A stretch of 62,068 nucleotides of DNA, filler included, from Circinaria calcarea (taxonomy: Eukaryota), in assembly GCA_051942165.1 (NCBI GenBank). It is 29 parts of 29 records of this genome, joined end to end, with 100 filler letters (N's around TTAATTAATTAA, not from the genome) between each part and the next. Parts side by side here need not be neighbours in the genome. Positions count along the whole stretch, not along the records: positions 12,915 to 14,962 come from JAVECS010003930.1; positions 15,063 to 17,110 come from JAVECS010003931.1; positions 17,211 to 19,257 come from JAVECS010003932.1; positions 19,358 to 21,402 come from JAVECS010003933.1; positions 21,503 to 23,547 come from JAVECS010003934.1; positions 23,648 to 25,692 come from JAVECS010003935.1; 23 more parts are not named here. One strand, written 5' to 3'. Below the pieces are notes generated by a model that was given only the letters and a program-made list of their open reading frames with translations, had not been told where the DNA came from and did no database searches. A program made the position numbers and the translations under genes. Shown here one piece after another: positions 12,915 to 25,198 of this stretch. Numbering within the stretch: the first letter of the stretch is position 1; every line of letters starts with the position of its first letter.

Positions 12915-13524
12915 CGAACATGTGATTGGCCAGAGTTGTCGATGGTGAGAGTTTGAAGAAAGATGCGAGGGCACTATGTCTAGCGATGGGCATGAGGACC
13001 ATTCCCATGGTTATATCGCAAAGATGACCGGTGAGAGCAACGGCTGCCAATAGATGACCTCCGCGATAGATGCCTTCGGCGTTTCCTCGATCAACAAAGT
13101 AGTCTCGGAGACGCCTCCACCAGACGGCGATAATTGCCCCATACAAAGCTACTATCCAGAAAACCGCAAGGGCTCCGCCCAATGTAAGGCGTTTCCCTAT
13201 AACCGCCATTTTCCCTTTCACAACCTCTTGGTCGAGGATCCTTTGCATGCGCGGATGGAACGCTCGTACCGCAAGAAAGGTGGCAGAGACTGAGATCCAG
13301 GAGTACCATATCAGGACATGCACACGTGCCTGAAGGGGGAAGAGCCATTCTCCGCAAGTGCCTGCGTAGCAATGATGCTCGGATCGAAAGGTAAGTCCAA
13401 GGGAAAGGCCAAAGGTCAAGACCAGACTACCGGCAAGGGGCCAGAGGCATGTACGGGGGGTGATACGGGTCCCTCGTTGGGGAATTGCGGATTCTGCGCG
13501 AGACTTGTGTTCGGAAGGATCCAT
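12915..13524 (-). CDS. Ferric reductase-like transmembrane protein, 3' partial
   Basis: Several TM helices followed by ALTGHLCDITMGMVLMPIARHSAL..F..S.STTLANH, typical of the start of a ferric-reductase TM domain. Confidence 0.7.
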
Positions 13525-16214
13525 CACCAGAATATGGCCTGTATGGCGATGGAAGAGAATGATGCAGACAAGGAAAGGGAGTCTCTAGGAAGGAAACAGC
13601 AAGGAGGTTGGGATTGCAGCGAACAATGCGCAACTAACGCAGGTGTCATCGCTTGAAAAGGAAAACTGGAGACCGGAGCGCAACGATGCCGGCTGCAATA
13701 AACTATGACCTGGGGAACGGACCCTACTCTGTAGCTGGACGGAAAGTAGCCCGATGCAGTGGGACTCTTGCCATGCCAGGAGCCAAGAAGGTTAGCGCAT
13801 TGCAGATCTTTCAGCCACACGCACCCCGATCGGTCTAGATTTACCCGCTCTTATTAGGTCGACGGCAGCAGTGATTGGATGCTCGAAAGATGACGACCGT
13901 TGAACTGTTTCGTGCAGTGGGAGGATATGAGGAGAGTGCTTTGGCGCAGAGGAGACATCGTTCAACCGGATCAATGGCAAGCCTGGGAGCAGACATGTGT
14001 AAAATTAGGCGGGAAGATAGCAGCATATATGGTTTACCCTCGTCGTGTATTGCTCTAGCTTCAGATTCGCCGTCTATAGACACATGTGAAAATAAGACGA
14101 GAGACCGCGGAGAAAAATTTCAATCTCGAGGGAGGTCAACCATGGGTTCAAAAGAGAGTGCGAAACACTTCACCTGGTACCTAGAATAACCGAGACCCAC
14201 CGCCGTCTTCGATCCAAGTGGGGACTCAGTCACTCCCATCGTCCCTATCACTTTTCAAAATGGTTGCGCGACTTATGGCGAGAAAGAGAGGTGCAGAGCC
14301 TTATGAGAGATATGATGTGTAGGTTAGGCGGATGATGGGAGACCCGTCCTTCTTTTATCGTTTACCCAGCAAAGAGGATAGGCCCGGAGATCAGGGGACT
14401 GGAAAGTTTCAAGACTGTCTGCTCGTTTTTGATGAATCGACAAATCTTCCCCGATAACTATATAAATCTGAATCAAATGTCGTTGACAACAACGGAGTAA
14501 CAGCTAGTCAGCTTCTGGTTGACGATTCATCCCATATGTTCTGATCAGAGACTACCTGTTCTTCGTGTTAGGGAAACCCGACCGATGTAGCGTCGTGTGT
14601 GAGACTTGTTCGACGCATTAGGAGATAACTATAGACCAACCCTAGTTCATCTCGATGGACGCCATGGTATCCTATGCACTCCTACCCATAATGTACAAGA
14701 TCTATGTCCTGCCAATGCTTCGCTAAGTAACGGATACCGCTCAACCCGCAACGAGGACCCATAGGAGAAAGAAAATCTATTTACAACGTCAGTATACTAC
14801 TAAAACAAGCGAGGTGTCCTTACCATGAGAACGCCAAACATCTTCGCCACCAGCCATCGGTTCCCAGAGACCCTTGACCAGTATTTCATCAATTCCCGCT
14901 GTGCTCCCTGAACATTATCTACAACATCTTCTGTGTTGGCGTCTATTCGTTGAATCATCTCANNNNNNNNNNNNNNNNNNNNNNNNNNNNNNNNNNNNNN
15001 NNNNNNTTAATTAATTAANNNNNNNNNNNNNNNNNNNNNNNNNNNNNNNNNNNNNNNNNNNNGCTGCTGTTGGGAAGAGCCAGTCGGAACTGCGGCCAGG
15101 TAGCAAACACTGGAGGACGTTTCAGGTGTCTGATACGACCAAGGCTTCCGATATTGCAGCCGGTACAGAGTGCACTGATGCTTCCCGATGTGATATGCAT
15201 TGATGAGCTGGACGGTTGGCGCAGTGTAAGGCATTTGCACCGCACTGTGTAGATTTTGGATGTTCGACAAATTTGTGAATATAACACCTGATTGTCTGCT
15301 TCTTCTATTCTAGACCTCCACTCTTTTTCACCTCACCTATAGCTTAAAAAGTCCATATACATGCTTCGTAGTCGTATGCGTCTGCTGTACTTTATTGCAA
15401 GTTTCACCATTTAGGTAGTTGTAGATATTCAGTCAGCGCACGTGCGCGTTTAAACTGGTTACACCATCCCCGTCACCATGCGTCACAGCAGGCGGAGAAC
15501 CGGAGTGCATAAAGTCGAAACACAACTTCCGATCTGCCAGAGCATACGGCAGAGAATACTCTGTAAGTGGAATGTCTTTCTTGGAGAAAATTCGGTGTAC
15601 CGGTAGTCTATTTGATAGAGCTAGGAGCTGCCTACCTGTAAGTAATTGCTATAGCTCGGGCAAAGAGCTCTTGTATTAACTGTTCTTCTAGGCTTATGCT
15701 CGTACAAGAGGAGAACAAGAGTCGAGAACCAGTTGCGGTGTCGAGGTTGATTGAGCGGAAATATTAGCGTGAACATTCATCGGCCACTTCGGCTCGCTTG
15801 CCAAAGCGGCAACGTCTGAGGCCGGCATGGCGACTCTATTTGTTTACTGGAAAGTGCAACGGTATTATCGATACTGTCCAATTCATTAATTACCATCTTT
15901 ATTCTTGCTGTTTGCACTCCGGAGATGTTTGATTCCTTTCACCGCTAAGTCAATTCCTGCCAGAGAGAATGGACCTCACGCGCAAGCCCCAAACCTAAAA
16001 GCCTCTGTACCCCAATCCTTATTCCATCAGTAGCGTTCTACTTTCACCAAAGTCGGTTTCTCGCCTTATCACATCAAAGATTTACTTGGGGGCTTTTTGT
16101 TTTCGCGGTATATTTACATTTGCTTCTAGAGCTCACAAGTCCGCTTCTGCTGGGCATGGCCCTTCTCCCAATCTTGGATTATCACATTGACGGGAGGGAG
16201 CCTCATCGATAACC

Positions 16215-17110
16215 ATGGCATATCCTCTTCGTTCCGCGAGACATTTCCCCTTTGTGCTGTACCAACCCAGATTTCTAGCTCCTATCGATTCATACTATGC
16301 AAATACCAAACCACCAGTTATCCGGCTCCAGCGTTATGCCAATGGCTATAGCGGTCCACCCTCGCCGAGTCAGATCTTGCTCCAGCCTGAGGATATTGAA
16401 GAAGGTTCAGGGCCCAAGGACACCGTTCATGGGAGCCGGTATGCTGCTACCGCGTATAAGATGTTCGAGGCTGCGGCTACTACGTTCGCTACGTTGGCGG
16501 TACTTGGGTATGTGAGACAGCTTTGTCAATAAGCATCAGTGAACAAGGTGCAAAGATGCTCGGCTAGACGCGTCGTTGTTTACCGTATACCAAACTCCCT
16601 ACTTATCCCGCCTCTGATCTCGTTTTATAAATCATGAAAGCAGAATTATGATGCTGGCCATGCTCACAACGAATGCCACTGTGGTGCGCTTGATGCTAAT
16701 CTTATTCATAGCGTTGCTGGGTTAGGTTACCATCGCTATTATAAGCACCTGGTCCTCAAAAAAATGGAAAATGCGTTTGACCCCGGCGACCCCGTTCTGG
16801 AGTTGGCAGCTTTAAGCGGTCAACTACCAGCCAATGTTCTCGAAGAATACGACAAGCACTGGGTTCAAAGGCCCGAGCAAACCAAAATCGATGCCATTGT
16901 CAACGGTACCGACCGAGGGCACTATCATCTTTTGATCGGCGAAAAGGGAACCGGCAAATCTTCGATGCTGCTAGACGCTATGCAAAAGGTGGGTGGGGAG
17001 GGTATCTCCATGTTTGAGGCTCATGCGAATCTGGAGATATTCCGTATACGACTCGGCAAAGCACTTGACTTTGAATTCCATGAGGACTACATCGGGAGTC
17101 TATTCAGCAT
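16215..17110 (+). CDS. P-loop AAA+ ATPase-domain protein with an N-terminal TM segment, 3' partial
   Basis: Walker A LIGEKGTGKSS. The exon-1 TM segment is joined through an intron (~16508-16710) to GLGYHRYYKHLVLKKMENAF. Confidence 0.8.
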
Positions 17111-17210
17111 NNNNNNNNNNNNNNNNNNNNNNNNNNNNNNNNNNNNNNNNNNNNTTAATTAATTAANNNNNNNNNNNNNNNNNNNNNNNNNNNNNNNNNN
17201 NNNNNNNNNN

Positions 17211-17428
17211 GGGGCAGTTATACCCTGTAAAAGTTGACCAAGAAATCCAAGCTGCCCGAGAAGGTTCGAGACAAGCCCAACCGCGGTACAGCATTTAAGG
17301 TTAACTGCTGGACAGGTGCCCACAGTAACAGCCGTGTCCACTGGGACCGGAGCAGCAACTGGCTGCGGTGCCGTGTATGCTAGGTGGAGTAGCATAGGCA
17401 GGGAAAGAAGTGAAAGACCGAAACGCAT
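17211..17428 (-). CDS. Class I hydrophobin-like secreted protein, 3' partial
   Basis: Signal peptide, C-x6-CC (CPAVNLKCC), then a long Leu/Gly amphipathic loop. TATA-like element near 17550. Confidence 0.7.
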
Positions 17429-18297
17429 TGTGTACTGATTTAGTGAAGGTGCGTTAGGTGCGTGGCATGCGGCGAGGCTAAGGGTTTTCGGGCGAGTCTG
17501 GGGATTCGGAGTGTGATACTGTTGGAAGGGCAGAGAGACTTCGCCTGTTTATATACCTGAGATGGACGCAGATCAGCCAGAATCGGCGCAGACCGGACTC
17601 CTAGATGGAAACAAAGTGACTATACAGCAGTGCTGTGTACGTCACACGTACAGGTCTGCTCTGGGATGGAGTAAGATTGGGGATTATGAATTGCACATTC
17701 TCTGCAGTAGTGCATGCAGTGATCGCCTGGAACAGATCATGCAGACATGATGGGGTTATTTGTTTTGAGCAGCAAGACCTCTTAACCTCTCCAATCGGAG
17801 GCGGCCCTCGTTCTAAATGCCAGCACAGTATACTGCAGGAAGGCATCGAATTTCACCATGCGCGCCCCCAACAGATTACTTCAGATAGTACATGCATTGG
17901 AGAACGCGCTAGCTTGAACATAGCATAGGTATGTATTTTAATTTCTCCTCCATACCAACGCAGTAGACGCTTGGCTCGTGGTCTTATGAGATCTACCGTC
18001 ACTATAGGTTCGGAGTCATATATTGTATGAAGTGTTATAATTGGAACTGGAGTAGAGAGGTACTTCAAGATTGACGGCTTGGCCGGCACACCCAGACATA
18101 AGCGAGAACAACAACTAAGCCACTGAAGCAGAGCTATTCACCCCCTGCATACAGATTCCCCGTGCATGAAGAATCCCACTAACATGCATTTCATGCCTAA
18201 GCGAAGTCTGGGCACTTCTACGTCTTCTTTGACTACGGAGCTCTATGTGTAAGAGCATGGTCTGGCTGCAGATATCAACTGGAAGAAGGGATTGCCG

Positions 18298-19251
18298 ATG
18301 CCTCGAAAGCTCAAGGTGGCAGCCGCCCAAGTCGGCGCTGTGCATATAGATTCAGACCGACCTGCAACTCTGGATCGCTTGGTAAAGCTCTTGAAGGATG
18401 CTGCATCTCAAGGGGCGCAGATCGTCCTGTTCCCAGAGATCGCACTTACCACATTCTTCCCTCGTCATCTGTTTGAGGATCAAATCAAGTTAGAGTCATT
18501 CTTTGAGCATGGAGAGGACATTTCGACCTCATCTGACGTTGGGCCCTTGTTTGACGAGGCACGGAAGCTCGGAGTAGATATCTGCATTGGCTTCGCCGAG
18601 AGGACTCCGGATGGGAAGGGATATAATACTTGCATTTACTACAGTGCTAAACTAGGAAAAATCATAAGTAAATACCGAAAAGTACATCTCCCAGGCACCA
18701 GAGAGCCTTTTGAGAACAAGGACGCCGTCAACCAATTGGAAAAGAGATATTTTGAACCGGGGGATTTGGGCTTCAAAGCCTTCCGCGCCCCATGCCTCAT
18801 CCCCGATGCCCTCAAATCCAATCAGGCGCCAGCAAGTGACGCAACGGGTAAAGGTGACCCTATCGTCGGCCTCCTAATCTGCAATGATCGCCGTTGGCCC
18901 GAAGCTTGGCGCGTCTATGGTCTGCAAGGTGTCGAACTCATCCTTTGTGGTTACAACACTGCCGGATGGGCGCCCGATCTTTGGGGTTCCAGGAAAGACA
19001 TGACGAAAGAGGCGGCCGAGGAGGAAGCACTATTCCACCATCGGTTGGTAATGCAGTCGAATAGCTACATGAATAGCTGTTTCTCGGTAAGTGCGGCAAG
19101 GTGTGGGTTGGACGACGGGAAGTATGACTTGATCGGAGGGAGTTCGATCGTGAGCCCGCAGGGGAGAATATTGAAGGAGACTAGCGGCAAAGGGGATGAG
19201 GCCGTGGTGGTGGAGATTGATCTTGAGGAATGTGCACAGGGGAAAACGAAG
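18298..19251 (+). CDS. Carbon-nitrogen hydrolase (N-carbamoyl-D-amino acid amidohydrolase-like), 3' partial
   Basis: Catalytic triad motifs LFPE, KYRKVHLPG and ICNDRRWPE. Ends at a GTGAGT donor. Confidence 0.92.
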
Positions 19252-19357
19252 GTGAGTNNNNNNNNNNNNNNNNNNNNNNNNNNNNNNNNNNNNNNNNNNN
19301 NTTAATTAATTAANNNNNNNNNNNNNNNNNNNNNNNNNNNNNNNNNNNNNNNNNNNN

Positions 19358-20320
19358 GTATTACTGCCCTCGATATATCCTCCGTTTTTTAAAATTTTTA
19401 TTAAATTTAAATTATAATCTTTTTTATATCTATTCTATTAATTTAACCCGTGGAATTATTCCGGTAAGCTTTATTTTTATAAATTTTTAGAAACCGTATA
19501 TTAATTTTAATAATTAAAATCCTCGATCCTTAAAAAGGAATTTATTTTTATAATAATTATTAATATAATTATTTTTTATACTACCCTCGTAGTCGGCTGT
19601 ATTAATATCGAAATTAATATTTAATTTTATAATTTAATTTTATATATCGGCTATAAAAAATCTGTTTTAATATCTTCTTATATTTTTATTTTATTTTATA
19701 TTAACCCGATCCTCGATATTCTCCGGCGGTAAAACTCTATCTTTCCGTTCGTTATTATTAAAATTATTAACAGCGTTTTTAATAACTACAGCAACCAAAC
19801 CCTTTACCTCTTTATTAATATCGGGAAAAGATATATGGCCGTATATCATTAAGGCGCTGGAATCTCTCCGGAGCGCCGGCTACCTTTCGCGTATAAAGAA
19901 TACTAGCAGTACAAGTAGCTTTCCCCTTCCCCTTCCTCTTCCTCTTCCTCCCCCCAGGTAAACCGCCAAGAGCTCGCCGCCTAGGGCATCGAATGCGTAC
20001 GAGTCTACGGCCGCAAAGACGAGCGAGAAGGCGGAAACAGAAGCGGAGGAATGAAATATAATGGGCGGGCGCTGGCGCAGGCGCTCGAGGCGATTGTGGG
20101 CTGCCGGGGGAAAAGAGGAAGGGAGGGAGGTAAGAGTCGGAGGAATACGGTTACGGTGGATTCTGGGTCTGAAGGGAAGGAGGGGAGGGGGATGGAAAAT
20201 AGTGTGCGGAGGAAAAAAGGGGTTGAAAAGGGGGTGGGGTTTTCCTTGTCAATGGTTGCTGCTGGGGAAGTGGAGTGGGAAAGGATAGAACTATCTCTAC
20301 TGGTGAGTTTTACAGGTTAA
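19358..20320 (+). pseudogene. RIP-degraded segment, possibly the 3' part of a gene convergent with the TEL1 relic
   Basis: Very AT-rich sequence with residual CpG grades into a GC/purine-rich ORF-like tail. No transposon motif recognised. Confidence 0.3.
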
Positions 20321-20558
20321 GTATTAGATTTAGGAGGTGGTCCTAATTTCATGGACAAATATTAGACTCGAGGGGTAATTTATTAAATTTCTGAACCCTT
20401 TACGCGTATGGTTTCTTTTATAGGGTGAAGATAGAAAGGGAATGTCGTAAGACGGGCGCGTGGTCGATCAAGAAAATATTTGGGTTCTACCACTGGATAA
20501 GGTGCTACTACAGGAGAATAATCAACGACCCCAAGCCAATTTCCCATATTCCTCCTAC

Positions 20559-21310
20559 CTAAGTATAAGCCGCTCACCCGTAAAATAATACTATTAGATT
20601 CCGCACATCCGTCGCCTGCTGGATCAATTCATTAACCATCGCCGTCACGCTTAAGCTCTTCGACAGCTTCTTAACCACAACCGTGAATGCGCAGTCGGTT
20701 TCGCCGGGCTTATTCTCCTTCGTCTTATTTATATACGCTTCCTCGTCTACATCTATTATCATCGCTGCAGCCGCCTGCGTATTATCCTACGCCTTTTATA
20801 ATTTCTACAAATATATAAACGACATGGACCAGCTGTACAGGAGATCATAATATAGGATGTTGAGGATAATTATAATAATATAAAATTCGTTGCGCAAGGC
20901 TTCGAGGGTGAATTTATAATAGCGTTAAAAAACCCCTTTGGTTCCGGTGATGCCCATACCGTCAATAAAATCCCGCGTGAAATAAAAAGAAACGATTTCG
21001 GAAACAGGCAGCATACGACCTTATTCGAAAATAATATTTAAATCGATATAAATAATCTCCCCGGTTTTCTCGTCTAATAAGATATTATAACTATAACGGT
21101 CCCCGAGGCCAAGGACGTACCCGAGAATAAATATTATTACGGTGCTTCTAGTATATATTAAACGCTTTTCGAATTAATTATCCGGGTTTTCGAATCTTTC
21201 TATAAAGAAATAACATATTACGGGACAGAATTATTTTATAATTTATCGAAATATCTTAATCCGGGTTTTTATAGATTTGGATTATATATCCGAGATATTT
21301 TTTCAATATA
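20559..21310 (-). pseudogene. TEL1: RIP-inactivated TEL1/ATM fragment (PI3K-like kinase C-lobe plus FATC)
   Basis: Minus-strand translation: [136 protein letters not shown]. This is colinear with the fungal Tel1 C-terminus. Confidence 0.92.
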
Positions 21311-21502
21311 ATTAAAATCCTAAAGCGGTTAGACGTCGTAATAAAGGAATCGCGGAAATATATAAAAAACCGGATAATAAAAATTATAGAAATAATATTA
21401 ATNNNNNNNNNNNNNNNNNNNNNNNNNNNNNNNNNNNNNNNNNNNNTTAATTAATTAANNNNNNNNNNNNNNNNNNNNNNNNNNNNNNNNNNNNNNNNNN
21501 NN

Positions 21503-21778
21503 GTCCTGGAGAATGGACGAGGTGTACCGATATGCAAGATCTATGAGCTGCAGAGGAACGCGCTCTTGGTATGCAGTTACGCCGAGATTAGCAAGGATCA
21601 TATGGATGAGACGGGCATCACGAGGGCGCTTCGACAAGCCGTCATCGCTCAGTGAGGTTACCGACATGGTCAGATCTGCTGCCTGTGTTTTGACGGGCTG
21701 CATTGGAGGAGGAGTACGCGACGTTGAAGGTTGAAGGTCAGAATGAGGTTCTGAGGTAGCACCACTGCGTTCAGCCAT
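21503..21778 (-). CDS. TAF9: TFIID/SAGA subunit Taf9, 3' partial
   Basis: KRPRDARLIHMILANLGVTAYQERVPLQLIDLAYRYTSSILQD histone-fold start. Confidence 0.93.
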
Positions 21779-22212
21779 CTCGTTCACCGAAAAGGTCTCC
21801 TCCACGCATCAATTACCATATTCGACCATTGGATGTCATTCCAATGAATTCTTTCAGCTGGTATTTTTTGCCGCGGGGAGAGTAGCACCTCACTCACGTG
21901 CAAGAAGGCATCGGTCATACAAGTTGAACAAGTTAACGGTGATGTGTGCACCAGCCCCAGAGCGTTCGACAGCCTAGACGTAGTTGTTGTTTTGCGACGC
22001 TATGACTTGTGCCACAAGGCCCGGTCAAGCTTTATGTCTCTTCACGTTGACTGGGTTTCTGAAGGATCGAACGTGTTCCCGAATAGCTGTATACGCTTTT
22101 ACAAAGTCGCAATATCTACCAGTTTGGAGACAACCCCGGTGAGGCAGTATAGTGCTATCCCTTAATCCTTCGAGCTCCGTCACCCATGGGAATACACCCG
22201 AGGTACTCTGTA

Positions 22213-22442
22213 ACCGTGCCCAAGGGTAAACTCCGAAAAAATATTTCGCGAAAATATTTTTTTCGGAGCACTAACAAGTTAGTGCCAGTCAGTCGCACAA
22301 TAGAAGTCAGTCGCATAATAGAAGTCAGTTGCATAATAGAAGTCAGTCGTATAATAGATTTATTTTTAAATAACTTGTTAGTGCTCCGAAAAAAAAATAT
22401 TTTCGCGAATTATTTTTTTCGGAGTTTACCCTTGGGCACGGT
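22213..22442. mobile_element. MITE with ~70-bp TIRs and a TA target duplication (Tc1/mariner-pogo type)
   Basis: TA|ACCGTGCCCAAGGGTAAACTCCGAAAA... and ...TTCGGAGTTTACCCTTGGGCACGGT|TA. No coding capacity. Confidence 0.88.
22287..22358 (+). repeat. 4 x 18-bp tandem repeat (AGTCAGTCGCATAATAGA) inside the MITE
   Basis: Four head-to-tail copies that differ by single C/T changes. Confidence 0.95.
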
Positions 22443-22692
22443 TACCCATAATCAAACCGGACAGTCAGCCAGATTCCATTAAAGCTCTATTATCTGAGCA
22501 TTTGTCAGAACCCTGCACTGGCCTCCGAGTACCTCCATTCGTCAACGTAACTGATGTACAACCAAGCTGCCTCCCATACCATCAATATCTCAAAAACGCC
22601 CGTTACAGGCCATCCCTGCTAAGGGCGCCAAACCCTTGATTGTCACAACTGTGAACTGATGCCGTACTCCGTGGATCTAGGGATAACAGCCC

Positions 22693-23547
22693 TCAGTCAA
22701 CGTCTCCAGCTGACGTCTCTGCAGAAAGAGTACTGTCGTTTTCCAGCCCCAAACGGCTTTGACTCCCGCCTGCAAAAGATGAATCGCGCATTAACTCCTC
22801 ATCCTCGATACTCTCAAGTATGGAATCGAGCAATTCACCTGCATCATCGATCGAGTCTTTTGAAATGTAGCTTTCTCCTAAATCATCCCCTATATCTTCC
22901 TCGTCCAATCCTTCACTTCCTTCGTCCTCACTGCGCAGGCTCCGACGCCTTCTGCCTTTGGCATTATCATCAATATCGCTTTCTGAAAAGCTGTCAATAT
23001 CGAGAGGGACGTCTCTCCAATAGTTGAAGTCCGTAAAGTCCTCGCCTCCACCCGGCACCAGTAAGCCAACGGGCGGGAAAAAATGATCAACAACCTCACG
23101 CATGGTAACATAACTACTTTTGTACTTGTTCAAGGTGAGTAAGTCGAGGGATACCTCCGCATTGGAATTGATTGTGAATATCCTTGTGGGGGGAATGTTG
23201 ACTGATCGATAGCTCAAAGCGTCTGTGAACCTGTTGCCAAATCCAGCATAAAATGGGTTCCTTTGTGGACCAAAAAGGTTCAGGATGTCCCGAAGGCACG
23301 CCATTTTGAAAACCTCGGGTTTTCGTAAATAGATCTCCCGACGAAGAGCTGCGATTGTTCGGTCCGGACTCAGAATGACAGGACCTTTGGGTAACTTGTA
23401 ACCATCCTGAGAAACCCCGTGCAGGTATGCTCGTGTCGTATCTGCTTGACCGACGGATCTGCTAGTGAGATATAAAATATTATAACCGTTTGCTACTATA
23501 TCGGTATAGAGCTTCGCGACACCAGTATGGGTCCAATCCCGACCAAT
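22693..23547 (-). CDS. PAH1: Lipin / phosphatidate phosphatase (LNS2 domain), 5' partial
   Basis: IGRDWTHTGVAKLY..YLTSRSVGQAD..KPEVFKMACL..FYAGFGNR..DALSYRSV..VDHFFPP. Confidence 0.95.
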   Translation of the reverse strand: MGRDWTHTGVAKLYTDIVANGYNILYLTSRSVGQADTTRAYLHGVSQDGYKLPKGPVILSPDRTIAALRREIYLRKPEVFKMACLRDILNLFGPQRNPFYAGFGNRFTDALSYRSVNIPPTRIFTINSNAEVSLDLLTLNKYKSSYVTMREVVDHFFPPVGLLVPGGGEDFTDFNYWRDVPLDIDSFSESDIDDNAKGRRRRSLRSEDEGSEGLDEEDIGDDLGESYISKDSIDDAGELLDSILESIEDEELMRDSSFAGGSQSRLGLENDSTLSAETSAGDVD

Positions 23548-23647
23548 NNNNNNNNNNNNNNNNNNNNNNNNNNNNNNNNNNNNNNNNNNNNTTAATTAAT
23601 TAANNNNNNNNNNNNNNNNNNNNNNNNNNNNNNNNNNNNNNNNNNNN

Positions 23648-24128
23648 GGATCACCGTGGACCGGTCATCGTGTCGCACATTTTTCTTCTGATCGGATGTG
23701 CTATACCACTATGGTTGTCCCTGACTGACACCCCTCGAAGTGGTATATTGGATTTTGAAGGCTGGGATGTTACCACCCGAGATTTGGGCATGGTCAGTGG
23801 AATCGTCTGTGTCGGGATGGGAGATGCTGCGGCTTCTCTCATAGGTCGACGTTATGGCCGTCGAAGATGGCTTTGGAGCGGGGGAAAGAGTCTAGAGGGC
23901 AGCCTTGCGTTCGCCCTCGCGGTTGTGCTGGGCCTCAGCATTGCCAGGATCTGGCTGCTAGTAGGCGGCTGGGATAGGGACAGCGGCGATCCGTGGACTG
24001 CGACCCTGGGCAAGGCAGTCATTGCGGCACTGGGAGCAAGCTTTACCGAGGCGGTGCTGACCGGTGGTAATGACAATGTGATCGTTCCTATCATTCTTTG
24101 GCTACTTGTACGAGGATTGAGGATTTGA
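23648..24128 (+). CDS. SEC59: Dolichol kinase C-terminus, 5' partial
   Basis: DHRGPVIVSHIFLLIGCAIPLWL, GMGDAAASLIGRRYG..W..GKSLEGS and EAVLTGGNDN. Confidence 0.92.
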
Positions 24129-25198
24129 TGGACGCCTTTATCTAGCCGAGTAACTACTTTACAGGTCTGAACGCAGGCCATATTCGGCTGTTCGTTTAAA
24201 TAATTGTATTCTACACAGTTGCGACTTTGTGGTGCCCGGGATGAGCTTGCCGAAGATGTGACTAAAAAGGCACCATTTGGACCGCAAGGTTGACATACGC
24301 AGTAGAGTTCTTATTACCAAAGTCGCAAGCCAGCATGGTAAAACAATAAAGGTACAACAGATGTGAATACGCAAGACCGTCACGTGTGCACGCATGCTAC
24401 TCAGCTAAAAGGTACGGGATGATCTAGAATCCGTCAGATGACTCGATGATGGAGGTGCCCTTTCACCGCTCTTCGTCCCCGCCCGTCTCTGTGTCTCTGC
24501 ATCAAACATGCCGAAAAGGTCTCGTGGAGGAGGGATATAGGTATTATGTAAACGCCCCATTTTGAGGCTGAGTGGCGGCTATATCTTAGGGGAACACTCG
24601 CGTGGTGCGGCGGATTTCCATGGGGTGAACATGTCCCGTGAAACGCCTTGATACGGCGGTAGTTACGATAATTAGGGCTCAATTATTCTCCACAGTATAC
24701 CTCTTTTTTAGCTGCGATGCACCGGTGGGCTGAGGCTGTCTATCTTGATACATTTCCGGGCAGTGCCACGAGTTCCCGGTCGTCGTCATACTTGGTCAGG
24801 GGATAGGTATACTTATGCTGCGGGAATGGATATGGGACACCTTATCGAGAAGAGCAAACGGCCTGCTAAAGATGGGTGGAACATGCGTGTGCGGCATTCC
24901 CTTGTTCGACCGAGATTATTCAGACGGCTCCGAGTAGCACCCTGAGAGTACAGTTGGCGGACCATGCAATTATGTGGGATATCAGACACTTTTACGTAGT
25001 GAAACCAAGACGTTCCCTTTGTCCAAACCCGCGAGTTTTGGAAGGGAGGCGGTCTCCTCTATGTAAAGCGGTATATCCTGATCAAATGCCATTGTCACTA
25101 CAAACAACACACATCCGAACAACCAAAGATCTACTCCTCATTCATCACAAGGGCATTTACCATTCAGTTATCCAACCATCCCAGACCTACCCCCGACA

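Noticed and set aside
22287..22358. CRISPR-like short repeat array
   Set aside because: The repeats are head-to-tail with no spacers, lie inside a MITE, have no cas genes nearby, and the context is eukaryotic.
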